Part shown: positions 22,349 to 32,177 of the stretch, in pieces | How positions within the stretch are numbered: the stretch's first letter is position 1 | Layout: each line of letters starts with the position of its first letter | Assembly: GCA_003280725.1 (NCBI GenBank) | Contig: QCED01000003.1 | Coordinates: 571-64,570, forward strand | DNA: 64,000 bases | From: Prochlorococcus sp. AG-355-M18 | GTDB taxonomy: Bacteria; Cyanobacteriota; Cyanobacteriia; PCC-6307; Cyanobiaceae | Reading direction: 5' to 3' | Notes under the pieces: model-generated | What the model saw: only the letters and a program-made list of their open reading frames with translations | Told to the model about the DNA's origin: nothing | Database searches by the model: none | Made by a program: the position numbers and the translations under genes

Positions 22349-23478
22349 TAGGATTTGACGTTGTAATAATTGGTGGAGGTTTATCAGGATCTTCCACCGC
22401 TCTTAACCTATCAAAAAAAGGATATTCAGTTTTAATTATTGAAAAAGAAAAATCTCAAGATTACAAACCATGTGCAGGTGGGATGGCATCTTCAATGCAA
22501 AGATTTCTTCCTTTAAATATAGAAGATTGCATAGAATCGAAAATTAAGAATGTTGAATTCAGATGGAAGGCTGCAGATGATGTAACTGCTGACCTGACTG
22601 GTGAATCGCCATTTTGGATTGTTAAAAGAGAAAAACTAGATCAATTATTACTTAATGAATCCTTGAGCAACGGAGCTCAGATAATAAAACCAATATTGAT
22701 TGAAAAAATCAACAAAAAAAATGATAAATGGGAAATTACTTGCAATAACAAAATAAAATATATTGCAGAATTTCTTGTAATTGCAGATGGGTCCCAATCG
22801 AAATGGGCAAGTTATTTCAATTTAGGGCCAAAAAAACCAAAATTTGCAAACACAATCTCATTAAGGTTGAAAGGATTAGGAGAAATACCTAGAGATGCAG
22901 TTAGATTTGAGTTTGGATTTATAAAATATGGTTTTGCATGGGCATTCCCCCTAAGAGAAAGCTTAAATATTGGTTTAGGTACTTTTATAAATAATGGTCT
23001 TCTAGAAAATCAGACTATAAATAAACAAGTAATCAGAAGCTTTGGTTTTGATGATTTCCCTCATAAAACAATTAGCAAGAAACTGAGAATATGGAATGGA
23101 TTCCACTCAATTAATGGTGACAAAGTATTAGCGGTTGGAGATGCAGCATCTCTATGTGACCCATTTTTAGCTGAAGGAATTAGACCATCTTTAATTAGCA
23201 GTTTTTTTGCTGCAGAATACATAGATCAGTGCCTATCAGGAAAAGTAGATGATTTAAATCTTTATACGAAAAAAATTAACAACATTTGGGGGAAATCAAT
23301 GGCTTGGGGGAGGAGAATAGCCCAAGTATTTTATAGATTTCCCAGAACTGGATATCAATTAGGTGTCAAAAGAAAAACAGCACCTAAACGTATTGCTCAA
23401 ATATTATCAGGAGAAATGAGTTATGAAGATATTGCGAAAAGGGTTATCAGAAGACTTTTAACAAAAAGTGGGCCTTAA
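22345..23478 (+). CDS. geranylgeranyl reductase family FAD-dependent oxidoreductase
   Basis: GGGLSG, KPCAGG, IADG, WAFP and [15 protein letters not shown] motifs. Confidence 0.88.
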   Translation: MIGFDVVIIGGGLSGSSTALNLSKKGYSVLIIEKEKSQDYKPCAGGMASSMQRFLPLNIEDCIESKIKNVEFRWKAADDVTADLTGESPFWIVKREKLDQLLLNESLSNGAQIIKPILIEKINKKNDKWEITCNNKIKYIAEFLVIADGSQSKWASYFNLGPKKPKFANTISLRLKGLGEIPRDAVRFEFGFIKYGFAWAFPLRESLNIGLGTFINNGLLENQTINKQVIRSFGFDDFPHKTISKKLRIWNGFHSINGDKVLAVGDAASLCDPFLAEGIRPSLISSFFAAEYIDQCLSGKVDDLNLYTKKINNIWGKSMAWGRRIAQVFYRFPRTGYQLGVKRKTAPKRIAQILSGEMSYEDIAKRVIRRLLTKSGP

Positions 23479-23501
23479 TCCTTTTCAATTCAAACTTAAA
23501 T

Positions 23502-24503
23502 TTAGTTAGCAGAAATCAATTTATGATTTTTAATCTCTGAATATCTCTTTAGTAGCAGCTCTTCCAATTCTTCTATAGCCTTACTGAATCCAGTAATACC
23601 TTCACTAAGCTTTTCACTTGCCATTTGATCTTCTAACATACTTAATCTGAAATCTTTTTCTTCAAATTCGTAGTCAATAGAATTATTTATTTTGGTACTT
23701 ACATCTAATTTTCTAACTAACTCTCCTTTTTCTTTTTTCAGTTCCTCAAGAAATTTTGGTGCGATTGTTAAAAGATCGCAACCTGCTAATTCTTTTATTT
23801 CATCAAGATTTCTAAAACTCGCTCCCATTACTTCTGTTTTGAATCCCTTTTCTTTAAAATACTTGTATATTTGTGTAACCGAAATAACACCAGGGTCTTC
23901 AGCACCAACAAAACTAGTTTTACCAGTTTTTGCTTTATGCCAATCCAATATACGGCCAACGAACGGAGAAATTAGAGTTATCTTTGCATTGGCACAAGTT
24001 ACGGCTTGGCAGAAGTTAAAAAGTAGAGTTAAGTTGCACTTAATACCCTCTTTTTCCAAAATTTCAGCTGCTTTAATTCCCTCCCAAGTTGCAGCAATCT
24101 TGATCAAAATTCTTTCCTTTTTAATTCCAAAATTTTTGTAAAGATTGATCAATTTTCTCGCTTTTTCTACCGTAGCTTCGGAGTCAAAGCTCAGTCTTGC
24201 ATCAACTTCTGTAGATACGCGCCCTGAAATAATCTTCAATATTTCTTTTCCAAAAAATACTGAAACTTGGTCAACAGTTTCTTTGATTAATTCAATTTCG
24301 GAGAATCCTTGGGGCAAAGCATTTTCTGAACTTTCTAAAGCTTTATCAATTAATTTCACATAATCAGGGTTCTTAGCAGCAGCAAGAATTAGCGACGGAT
24401 TGGTGGTGGCGTCCCTTGGTTTAAATTTTTTTATTGAATCTAAATCTCCTGTATCAGCAACAACTACGGTCATTGAGGACAATTGTTCTAAAATTGATTT
24501 CAT
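23502..24503 (-). CDS. tal: transaldolase; probable start ATG 24503 (MKSILEQL), ORF track start 24560
   Basis: [37 protein letters not shown] (Schiff-base Lys) and ISPFVGRI. Confidence 0.95.
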   Translation of the reverse strand: MKSILEQLSSMTVVVADTGDLDSIKKFKPRDATTNPSLILAAAKNPDYVKLIDKALESSENALPQGFSEIELIKETVDQVSVFFGKEILKIISGRVSTEVDARLSFDSEATVEKARKLINLYKNFGIKKERILIKIAATWEGIKAAEILEKEGIKCNLTLLFNFCQAVTCANAKITLISPFVGRILDWHKAKTGKTSFVGAEDPGVISVTQIYKYFKEKGFKTEVMGASFRNLDEIKELAGCDLLTIAPKFLEELKKEKGELVRKLDVSTKINNSIDYEFEEKDFRLSMLEDQMASEKLSEGITGFSKAIEELEELLLKRYSEIKNHKLISAN

Positions 24504-24594
24504 ATCTAGATAATCATTACATATACCTAAACTAGCTTTTATTCCTGATGAAATCATCAAATAATGAACTAAATATTTATAAAATTAGAAAATT

Positions 24595-26346
24595 TTAGGG
24601 TTTTTTAACAATCATTCCATGATCTTTAATCTTGGGAGGTATTTTTTCAATTACTATCAAACTCTCGATAATTTCTTTAGCAACTGGTACAGCAACAGTT
24701 GAACCATATGCATAAGATTTAGATGGCTCATCAACGACTACGAGGACAGCATATTTCGGATCATTAACTGGTAAGATCGCCACAAAACTGCAAACTTTTT
24801 TACTTGTATAGGAACCATTTAAGGCTTTTTGGGAAGTGCCCGTTTTCCCCGCTATCCTATAACCCTCGATTTTCACTCCAGATCCACTACCTTTATCAAC
24901 TACGCTTTCCATCCATTCAAGAACAGTTCTAGAGACTTCGTGTGAAAAAAATTGTTTTTTTGGATTTTTATTAAATCTTTCTTTGAAAGTTGAGGTTACA
25001 TGAGGAGTTACTTCAAAACCACCATTTGCTAGAGCCGCATGAAGTTGAATTAATTTAAGTGGCGAGATTGAGAAACCTTTACCAAAAGAAGTTACAGCAG
25101 GCTCAATTGATTGATTTACAAATAAATCTTTTCTCTTTAGTTGGCCAGCAGTTGATTCAAATAAGTCAGTCTCTAAATTTTTATTTATGCCTAAATTTTT
25201 TAGCCAATCCCAATAAATTGTAGGGTCTAAATTTTGCATTATTTTTACCATCCCAACATTACTTGAAACCTGCAAAACTTTTGGATAGTCAATGTATCCA
25301 TTACCTTTTTTATCCCAATTAGAAAGTGTCCATCCTCCAACATTAATCTTTCCAATATCTTCAACTACTCCATCTTTCTGGATTACTTTTTCCTCTAAAG
25401 CTAAGGCAAGATTAATAGGTTTAAAAGTTGAACCAGGCTCAAACAAATCTTGAGAATACCAACCCTTGAAGAGTTCAGCATCATACTGCCAAAATTTATT
25501 AGGGTCATATGAAGGGACTGTTACCAAGGAAAGGATCTGTCCATTATTTACATCCATAACTATTGCGAATCCTTTCTTTGCTTTCCATTTTTTTACTTGC
25601 TTTGTTAAGGCATTGAATGACGCTTTCTGCAATTTTGAATCTATAGTTAAGCCTATATTCTTGTAATCAGGAATAAAATCTCCAGGAGCTGAATTGTCAG
25701 GTAGAGGAGTTCCGTCTCCTCCTCTTTTTATTAAATTACTTTTGTTGATTACATTAATAATATTCTCTAAATGAAGCTCCAAACCTGCAGAGCCTTTATT
25801 ATCATCATTAACGAAACCAATAAGATTTGAGTAGATTTCCCCTTGAGGATAGTACCGCTGCGAATATTTAAATAAATCTAGTCCACTTATTTTAAGATTT
25901 TTGATCTTTTCTGCTTTTTCTTCAGAAATCTTATCCAAAAGCTTGATCCCGTTCTTATTGTTATTGAATTTTTCCATAAGAATTTCTTCTTTTATATCTA
26001 CAATAGGTGACAATTTCTTTACTACTTCTTCAATACTACGAACTCTTTTATTTGAATCACCTGGGAAGTTAAAGTATTTTGGATGTGCCCATAATTTATA
26101 AAGTGTTTTATCATAAGCAATCAATCTATTATTTCTGTCGACAATTGATCTCCTCTTTTTAAAAGAGGTAGTTCTCGATGATTGTATTAATCTCGCTTTC
26201 TTTTGCAAATCAGAGGAACTAAAGACTTGCAATTTAACTAACCGGCCAAATAAACCAAATATTATAAGTAAACTAAAGATATAAATTACTTTAAATCTTC
26301 TTTGATCAAGAGGTAAAATACGAACAATTCTTTTAAATTTTTTCAT
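24595..26346 (-). CDS. ftsI: class B penicillin-binding protein (cell division transpeptidase)
   Basis: N-terminal TM, R..IVDRN, RYYPQG, EPGSTFK (SxxK), SSN (SxN) and KTGT. Confidence 0.9.
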   Translation of the reverse strand: MKKFKRIVRILPLDQRRFKVIYIFSLLIIFGLFGRLVKLQVFSSSDLQKKARLIQSSRTTSFKKRRSIVDRNNRLIAYDKTLYKLWAHPKYFNFPGDSNKRVRSIEEVVKKLSPIVDIKEEILMEKFNNNKNGIKLLDKISEEKAEKIKNLKISGLDLFKYSQRYYPQGEIYSNLIGFVNDDNKGSAGLELHLENIINVINKSNLIKRGGDGTPLPDNSAPGDFIPDYKNIGLTIDSKLQKASFNALTKQVKKWKAKKGFAIVMDVNNGQILSLVTVPSYDPNKFWQYDAELFKGWYSQDLFEPGSTFKPINLALALEEKVIQKDGVVEDIGKINVGGWTLSNWDKKGNGYIDYPKVLQVSSNVGMVKIMQNLDPTIYWDWLKNLGINKNLETDLFESTAGQLKRKDLFVNQSIEPAVTSFGKGFSISPLKLIQLHAALANGGFEVTPHVTSTFKERFNKNPKKQFFSHEVSRTVLEWMESVVDKGSGSGVKIEGYRIAGKTGTSQKALNGSYTSKKVCSFVAILPVNDPKYAVLVVVDEPSKSYAYGSTVAVPVAKEIIESLIVIEKIPPKIKDHGMIVKKP

Positions 26347-26771
26347 TAATATCCTCTTTGGTAGTTGCTATCATTAAAGCCCTCAATAAAGTTTTTAAAG
26401 TATTTCTTGAATAAACTTTCTTTCTTTACCTCAATTCTATTTAAATAAATTAAATCTTTAGGTTTGGTTTTCCTATAGGTATTGAGAGACTCAAGTTCAT
26501 TAATATAAAATTCTTCAGTTTTGGAAATATAATCAATGAGATTAGCATTAATTGCCTTTGTTTTAGATAGTGTTTTATATGTATTTGACCATTTCCTTTG
26601 GCTATCAAAAGATAGGAAAAATAATGTGGAAATTAATACTAAAAAAGAAATATTTATGGTGTCGAATACTTGATGTATTAATTTAATATTCCTTTTAAAT
26701 ATTTTTTCTGAACTGTTTTTAGAATCATATGAACCTTTTTTTAAAAAAAGTATATTTCCAAAAGGTTTCAT
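26346..26771 (-). CDS. small bitopic membrane protein translationally coupled to ftsI; FtsL candidate
   Basis: Single TM (about aa 40-56) followed by a helical segment; stop overlaps the ftsI ATG (TAATG). Confidence 0.6.
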   Translation of the reverse strand: MKPFGNILFLKKGSYDSKNSSEKIFKRNIKLIHQVFDTINISFLVLISTLFFLSFDSQRKWSNTYKTLSKTKAINANLIDYISKTEEFYINELESLNTYRKTKPKDLIYLNRIEVKKESLFKKYFKNFIEGFNDSNYQRGY

Positions 26772-26857
26772 ATATTATTTATTCTTAAAATGAAAGAACT
26801 ATTATTAATCAAATAAACATTTTTTAGTTTGCTACGCAAGTAATAAAATTAAATTCT

Positions 26858-28219
26858 TTATGTTCTTAATAAGAACAAATTTAGGAAGGTCAATCCATTC
26901 CATAAAGAATGCATAATTACAGAAGAAAGCAAACTCCCTGAAGAAATTCTTGTAATTCCTAATCCTATTCCTAGAACGAATAATGGCGGCATTTCTCCCA
27001 AACTTAAATGAGCCAAAGCAAAGATAAATGCTGAAATTATAATTCCCCAAATAATTCCAAAATCCCTTGAAAGAGTTGGGAGTAGAATACCGCGGAATAT
27101 TATCTCCTCAAAGAAAGGAGCCAAAAATGTTGTTGTTAAAAATAAAAGGGAAAATGACAGGTAATTATTATTATTAAGAACAATTTCAAGTAAAGGGTTA
27201 CTACCATTCTGATTCTCTATCAAACTATTCATAATTAAAGAAATCAAAAAGACAAATGGGACAACAGTTAACCAACCTTTGATTCCCTGAATAATTGCAT
27301 CTTTTATAGGCAGGAAATTGAACTGAAAATAATCTTTTCTTAAAATAAATTCACCATTTAAAGATTTAATTTGGTAAAAAACTATCCACAATGGAGGAAT
27401 AGCCATAAAGAGATATCCAAAAAATATTTTTAGAGATTGAGATAATTCTTCAGATATGTTTTTAGAAAAAAGTTCAACTAAACTTATCGAAAATAAAGGT
27501 GAAACAACTTCTCCCAAGACAACAAATCCACCTGCAATTAATAAAACCATATCTATTAATTCTAAGTCTAAAGTTTGAATTTCTTTCCACCCTAACTTTC
27601 TCAAAGATATAGCTCTCCACAAAGTTTTTAATGCCACAATTGAGCCAAGCAATATAGTTATAAGTGGTATTAATCTGAGGGCTAATATTTTTAAAAACAT
27701 TTTGCTTGAAAAAGATTTTGTTATTAATGAACTATCATCAAAATCAAATTTTCGACTCAAAATGTGATACAAAAACCTATCATCCTTAAAAAAATCAAAC
27801 CTATTTAAATTAGGTTCATAAGAATTATCATTTGATTTTTTTTCTATCTCTTCAATTAGTAATTTATAGTTTTTATTTTTAAAATCTTTGTATATTTTTT
27901 TATCTATTCTAGATTCATCCGAATCAGAAATGATTACACTAATTAATTTATTTCTTTCTGAAAGTTCATTAAATGAGACCTGAGAGAGTGCATTACTTAT
28001 ATCATCAACGGGATCATTTGTGATAAAAAATTTTTTAAAATTTGTTGGGATTGATTGGATCGCTAATTCAGCAATTTCTTGCTCTTTTTGACTTATATCA
28101 AATGAAACAGAGGGTCTGTTCAAACTATCTTTCAAGCCTTGTTGCCATACAAAAATAGTTATGAATAAAGAAATTAAAGCTAATAAAAGTTTTGTCTTAG
28201 AAATATTTTTAAAGATCAT
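26858..28219 (-). CDS. CPBP/CAAX family intramembrane glutamic endopeptidase
   Basis: APFFEEIIFRG, FALAH and MHSLWN motifs; multiple TMs. Confidence 0.9.
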   Translation of the reverse strand: MIFKNISKTKLLLALISLFITIFVWQQGLKDSLNRPSVSFDISQKEQEIAELAIQSIPTNFKKFFITNDPVDDISNALSQVSFNELSERNKLISVIISDSDESRIDKKIYKDFKNKNYKLLIEEIEKKSNDNSYEPNLNRFDFFKDDRFLYHILSRKFDFDDSSLITKSFSSKMFLKILALRLIPLITILLGSIVALKTLWRAISLRKLGWKEIQTLDLELIDMVLLIAGGFVVLGEVVSPLFSISLVELFSKNISEELSQSLKIFFGYLFMAIPPLWIVFYQIKSLNGEFILRKDYFQFNFLPIKDAIIQGIKGWLTVVPFVFLISLIMNSLIENQNGSNPLLEIVLNNNNYLSFSLLFLTTTFLAPFFEEIIFRGILLPTLSRDFGIIWGIIISAFIFALAHLSLGEMPPLFVLGIGLGITRISSGSLLSSVIMHSLWNGLTFLNLFLLRT

Positions 28220-28335
28220 AATTTATTATAAAGTTGAAAACTGAACTTGGTTATAATTGAAATTTCTAATATTTATATACCTATTTTTATCACGCCATGA
28301 GATGATTAAATTATCATCATTCTCAAATTCATATA

Positions 28336-29664
28336 ATGACTATAAGATTAGTTTTAGTTAGACATGGACTCAGTAGCTTCAATGCAAAAGGGTTGATTCA
28401 AGGGAGGACAGATGAATCATTATTAACTGATGAAGGATACGAACAAGCCATAAAAGCTGGAAAAGAGTTATCAAAAATAAAATTCGATAAGATCTATTCA
28501 TCCCCACTTGTGAGAGCTGCAGAAACTGCAAAAACAATTAAAAAGAGCTTCAAAGAAGAAAAAGAGATTATATTTGATAAGAATTTGTTAGAGGTCGACC
28601 TTAGTGAATGGTCTGGTCTGACAATTGATGAAATAAAAAATAAATTTCCAGAAATTTACCCTATATGGAAAAATGATCCCGAAAATCTAATTTTGAAAAG
28701 AAGTAACAATGAAACTTATAAACCAATTCAAGATTTATTTAATCAAGCAACTGATTTTATAAAAGATATTTTGAACAATTATTCAGACGAAGATAGTGCA
28801 AATATTTTAATAATTGGACATAATGCAATTCTTAGATGTTTAATTCTTTTGTTATTGGGAAAACCTTACCAAGGTTTTAGAAAAATAAGATTAGATAATG
28901 CTTCTTTCTCAATTCTCAATATTTCAATTCATGGTAATTATTTTAAAACGCAAATTGAGTGTTTAAATCAAACATCTCATCTAAATAAAAATATTCCTAG
29001 TCAAATTGGAGATTCAAGAATATTTCTAATCAGGCATGGCGAAACAGACTGGAATAAAGAAGGAAGATTTCAAGGCCAAATTGATATACCTCTAAACGAC
29101 AATGGTAAAGATCAAGCAAGAAAAACTTTTGAATATTTGAGAAATATTTCTTTCAATAAGGCATTCTCAAGTTCAATGAATAGGCCTTTCGAGACTGCAC
29201 AAATAATTCTTCAGCAAAACAAGGATTTAGAAATAAAAAAAATAGATTCACTTATGGAAATTAGCCACGGATTATGGGAGGGCAAACTAGAAGAAGAAAT
29301 TAGAGAAAAGTGGCCTAGATTATTAAAGAGTTGGCACGACAAGCCTGAAGATGTAATGATGCCCGAAGGAGAATCTATTAAAGATGTCTCAGAAAGATCC
29401 ATAGAAGCTTTCGAAAAAATTTGTTTATCTCAACAAGAAAATGATCTTACCCTTCTAGTTGCTCATGATGCAGTAAATAAAACTCTAATTTGCAATATCT
29501 TTGGAATTAATTATTCAAATATTTGGATGATAAAGCAAGGCAATGGTGGTATAACGGTAATTGACCTCTTTGATGATCCTAGTAAACCCAATGTTATTAG
29601 TGCTCTCAACATCACAACACATCTTGGAGGGATAATTGATTCAACTGCTTCCGGGGCACTTTAG
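28336..29664 (+). CDS. two-domain histidine phosphatase (phosphoglycerate mutase superfamily; possibly phosphoserine phosphatase)
   Basis: Two RHG motifs (LVRHGLS, LIRHGET), each with QG..D, SS...R..ETA and a downstream His. Confidence 0.88.
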   Translation: MTIRLVLVRHGLSSFNAKGLIQGRTDESLLTDEGYEQAIKAGKELSKIKFDKIYSSPLVRAAETAKTIKKSFKEEKEIIFDKNLLEVDLSEWSGLTIDEIKNKFPEIYPIWKNDPENLILKRSNNETYKPIQDLFNQATDFIKDILNNYSDEDSANILIIGHNAILRCLILLLLGKPYQGFRKIRLDNASFSILNISIHGNYFKTQIECLNQTSHLNKNIPSQIGDSRIFLIRHGETDWNKEGRFQGQIDIPLNDNGKDQARKTFEYLRNISFNKAFSSSMNRPFETAQIILQQNKDLEIKKIDSLMEISHGLWEGKLEEEIREKWPRLLKSWHDKPEDVMMPEGESIKDVSERSIEAFEKICLSQQENDLTLLVAHDAVNKTLICNIFGINYSNIWMIKQGNGGITVIDLFDDPSKPNVISALNITTHLGGIIDSTASGAL

Positions 29665-29700
29665 ATAAAAAACGATTGTAAAAAATTTTTTCTAATAGGC

Positions 29701-30378
29701 TCATTCAGCAGGAAGAGTTTGATTATCAAAAAATCCAAATTTATCAAGAGGCCAAAATCTTAAATAAGCTCTTCCAATGATCTCTTTTTTATGAAGAAAT
29801 TTGCTTCCAGGCCAATATCTCCCATCCCAACTATTTGATCTATTATCTCCTAGAACTAAAAAATGATCTTCTGGAACTTTTATATTTTCAAATTCACCAC
29901 ACTTATTGAAAATGGACAATGAGCATTTATAAGTTACATAAGGTTCAGCAATTAATTTATTATTTACTATTACTTCACCTTTATTATTTACACTTACAAT
30001 TTCTCCAGGTAGTGCCACTACTCTCTTAATATATGCATCGCAAGCCTGATCCCTCAACCCAGGAATAAAAGAAATTGGTGGAAAACTCATGAAAAAACAA
30101 TATGTTTTTTTGGGTAATGGTTTAGTTCTCAATGAAATTAGTTTTTCATCAAATGAAAAAGGAGATTTAAAAACTACAATATCACCTCTTTTTGGTAAAG
30201 ATTTCCTCAGAGAAATTTTTTCAATTATTAACCTATCGTTTATTTGTAATTCTGGGAGCATAGAACCGGAAGGAATATAACGAGGTTCTGCGAAAAAAGA
30301 TCTACAAGAAGATACAAAAAAAGTTAGTAGGATTAGTAAACCCCATTCTTTTAAAAAACTTTTAACAAAAGCATGCAT
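29701..30378 (-). CDS. lepB: signal peptidase I
   Basis: IPSGSMLP (Ser), YIKRVVALPG (Lys) and LGDNRSNSWDGR. Confidence 0.95.
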   Translation of the reverse strand: MHAFVKSFLKEWGLLILLTFFVSSCRSFFAEPRYIPSGSMLPELQINDRLIIEKISLRKSLPKRGDIVVFKSPFSFDEKLISLRTKPLPKKTYCFFMSFPPISFIPGLRDQACDAYIKRVVALPGEIVSVNNKGEVIVNNKLIAEPYVTYKCSLSIFNKCGEFENIKVPEDHFLVLGDNRSNSWDGRYWPGSKFLHKKEIIGRAYLRFWPLDKFGFFDNQTLPAE

Positions 30379-30406
30379 AATTTTTTAGAGGCTTGATTTT
30401 TTATCC

Positions 30407-30763
30407 TTAAATAATCTGTTTTTCATATTCACTTTCATTGAAGCCCAATATTACTTTTTTTTCTTCAAAAACTAAAAATGGTCTTTTTATTAATTTGCCA
30501 TTACTCAAAAGAAGTTTAATAATTTCTTCCCTTGATAAAGAGTTAATATCAAGATTAATTGATTTAAAAAATTTACCTCTAGTATTAAATATCTTCTTTT
30601 TATCTCCAGAGTATTGTTCTAAAGCTAGATTTAAGTAATTTGATAATGGAGGTTCTTTTAAAATATCAATAAACTGATATTTTAAATCTTTTTTTTCAAG
30701 CCACTTTGCAGCTTTTCTGCAAGTTGAGCATTTTAAATAACTATAAAAAATTATTTTTTTCAA
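30407..30763 (-). CDS. ArsC/Spx/MgsR family protein
   Basis: CSTCRKA N-terminal motif and LIKRP. Confidence 0.88.
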   Translation of the reverse strand: MKKIIFYSYLKCSTCRKAAKWLEKKDLKYQFIDILKEPPLSNYLNLALEQYSGDKKKIFNTRGKFFKSINLDINSLSREEIIKLLLSNGKLIKRPFLVFEEKKVILGFNESEYEKQII

Positions 30764-31314
30764 TTTGCTTTACTTATGGTTGATTTCTTAAGCACCTTAA
30801 ATTTTTTCTTTTTAGGAGGGGTGCAATTTTTTAATAGATTTTCAACGACATCAAAATCTCTCCAACCATCAATTTGAACATTTCTTCCGTCAAGACCTTT
30901 GCTAGTTCTAAAAAATTCAGCTACATCCTCAAGCTGATTTGGAGCAATTTGATTAATGCTTATTATGTTTGCCTGTCTAGGATTAGCCATCGGCACACAT
31001 AAAAGTTTTCCATCATATGCACCACAATCATGCATATCCAAAACTCCAATGGGTCTAGCTTTTATTAAACAACCCGCGAAAGTAGGCTCATCCATTATCA
31101 CCATTGCATCAAGAGGAGCACCATCATCTGCAAGGGTGTTTGGGATAAAACCGTAATCAAAAGGATACCTCACTGAAGAATGCAATACTCTATCTAACGC
31201 CATAATTCCTGCCTCAGAACAATATTCATATTTATTCCTACTACCTGCTGGTATTTCAACAACTAAATTAACTATTCCCTTCATTGGAGATGGAGGTATT
31301 GAACTAAGATCCAT
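30760..31314 (-). CDS. ppa: family I inorganic pyrophosphatase homolog with active-site substitutions
   Basis: VEIP.GSRNKYE, LDRVL and YGFIPNT present; DDGAPLD instead of DGDPLD. Confidence 0.85.
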   Translation of the reverse strand: MDLSSIPPSPMKGIVNLVVEIPAGSRNKYEYCSEAGIMALDRVLHSSVRYPFDYGFIPNTLADDGAPLDAMVIMDEPTFAGCLIKARPIGVLDMHDCGAYDGKLLCVPMANPRQANIISINQIAPNQLEDVAEFFRTSKGLDGRNVQIDGWRDFDVVENLLKNCTPPKKKKFKVLKKSTISKAN

Positions 31315-31558
31315 CTTTTTTAAAATCTTTACTAAAAATTACCTCATTTCCTTGAGAGAAAGGTCTTCCAATTAAAATACTGATTGAGGGTAATAAAAAT
31401 GTCAAAAACGCAAAAATAATACCCAAAGATGTTATTGATAAACTCCTTATACTTAAAGGGTCATCATCATCTCTTTCATAATCAGTCAAATCAGAATCCA
31501 GAGAGATTTCTTCGCCTATTCTACTCTTTACAGAATGCTTTGATTTTGTATAACTCAA
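31304..31558 (-). CDS. hypothetical small membrane protein
   Basis: 84-aa ORF with acidic patch then a hydrophobic segment; overlaps the ppa start; TTG start. Confidence 0.6.
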   Translation of the reverse strand: MSYTKSKHSVKSRIGEEISLDSDLTDYERDDDDPLSIRSLSITSLGIIFAFLTFLLPSISILIGRPFSQGNEVIFSKDFKKDGS

Positions 31559-31650
31559 GAGCTCTTAATAGGAAAATGTTAAGGAGGTAATTGAACATCA
31601 ATATCCTACAATCTAAGTGTCAATAAATCAAAACATTCTTGACTAATTTT

Positions 31651-32004
31651 TTAATTTTTCTTTTCTAATAAAGTCCTAATTAATTTTAGTTCGTCTAATA
31701 TTTGTAAAAGTATGTTTTGAGCTGCCGAAGAAGGAGTATTAAATACCTCTACAGTTACTTCTTTTATTCTTAAAATATCTTTTGCAAATCTAGCTACTTC
31801 ATTAGGATGGAATTGCAAGGGATCTTTTTGATCAGTTCTAAATTCGGGATTTAGTTTCCTTGGATTAAAGCTAGGATTTAGATTTCTTAAGTCAGTATTT
31901 GTATATCTATAAACAGAAGCTCTAGATCTGTTTAAGAATTTTTGAACTTCATCAATACCTACTAATTCCTCTTCGCTAGAGATATTGGAATTTATATTTT
32001 CCAT
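31651..32004 (-). CDS. small DNA-binding protein with Xis/AlpA/MerR-like winged HTH
   Basis: LVGIDEVQKFLNRSRASVYRY helix-turn-helix, F...EV.RF wing motif and C-terminal coiled coil. Confidence 0.72.
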   Translation of the reverse strand: MENINSNISSEEELVGIDEVQKFLNRSRASVYRYTNTDLRNLNPSFNPRKLNPEFRTDQKDPLQFHPNEVARFAKDILRIKEVTVEVFNTPSSAAQNILLQILDELKLIRTLLEKKN

Positions 32005-32177
32005 AAACTTAAGAAAATGTTTTAGAAATAATGAATTTTGAAAAAAGTTTAGACTTCATTACTGAAGAAACTAGCAGAAAGCATATTCCTAGACTAGCTG
32101 CGTTGAGGGACTCAAGACACTTTCAATTTTTTTTTCAACTTAATTGATAAAATTAGTAATTATTAAGGATATTTTGT

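Noticed and set aside
24504-24560. 19-aa N-terminal extension on transaldolase
   Set aside because: Most likely ORF-caller over-extension; the typical N-terminus begins at ATG 24503.
32005-32177. T-box riboswitch upstream of proS
   Set aside because: No T-box consensus, the spacer is too short, and the G-U pairs favour structure on the opposite strand.
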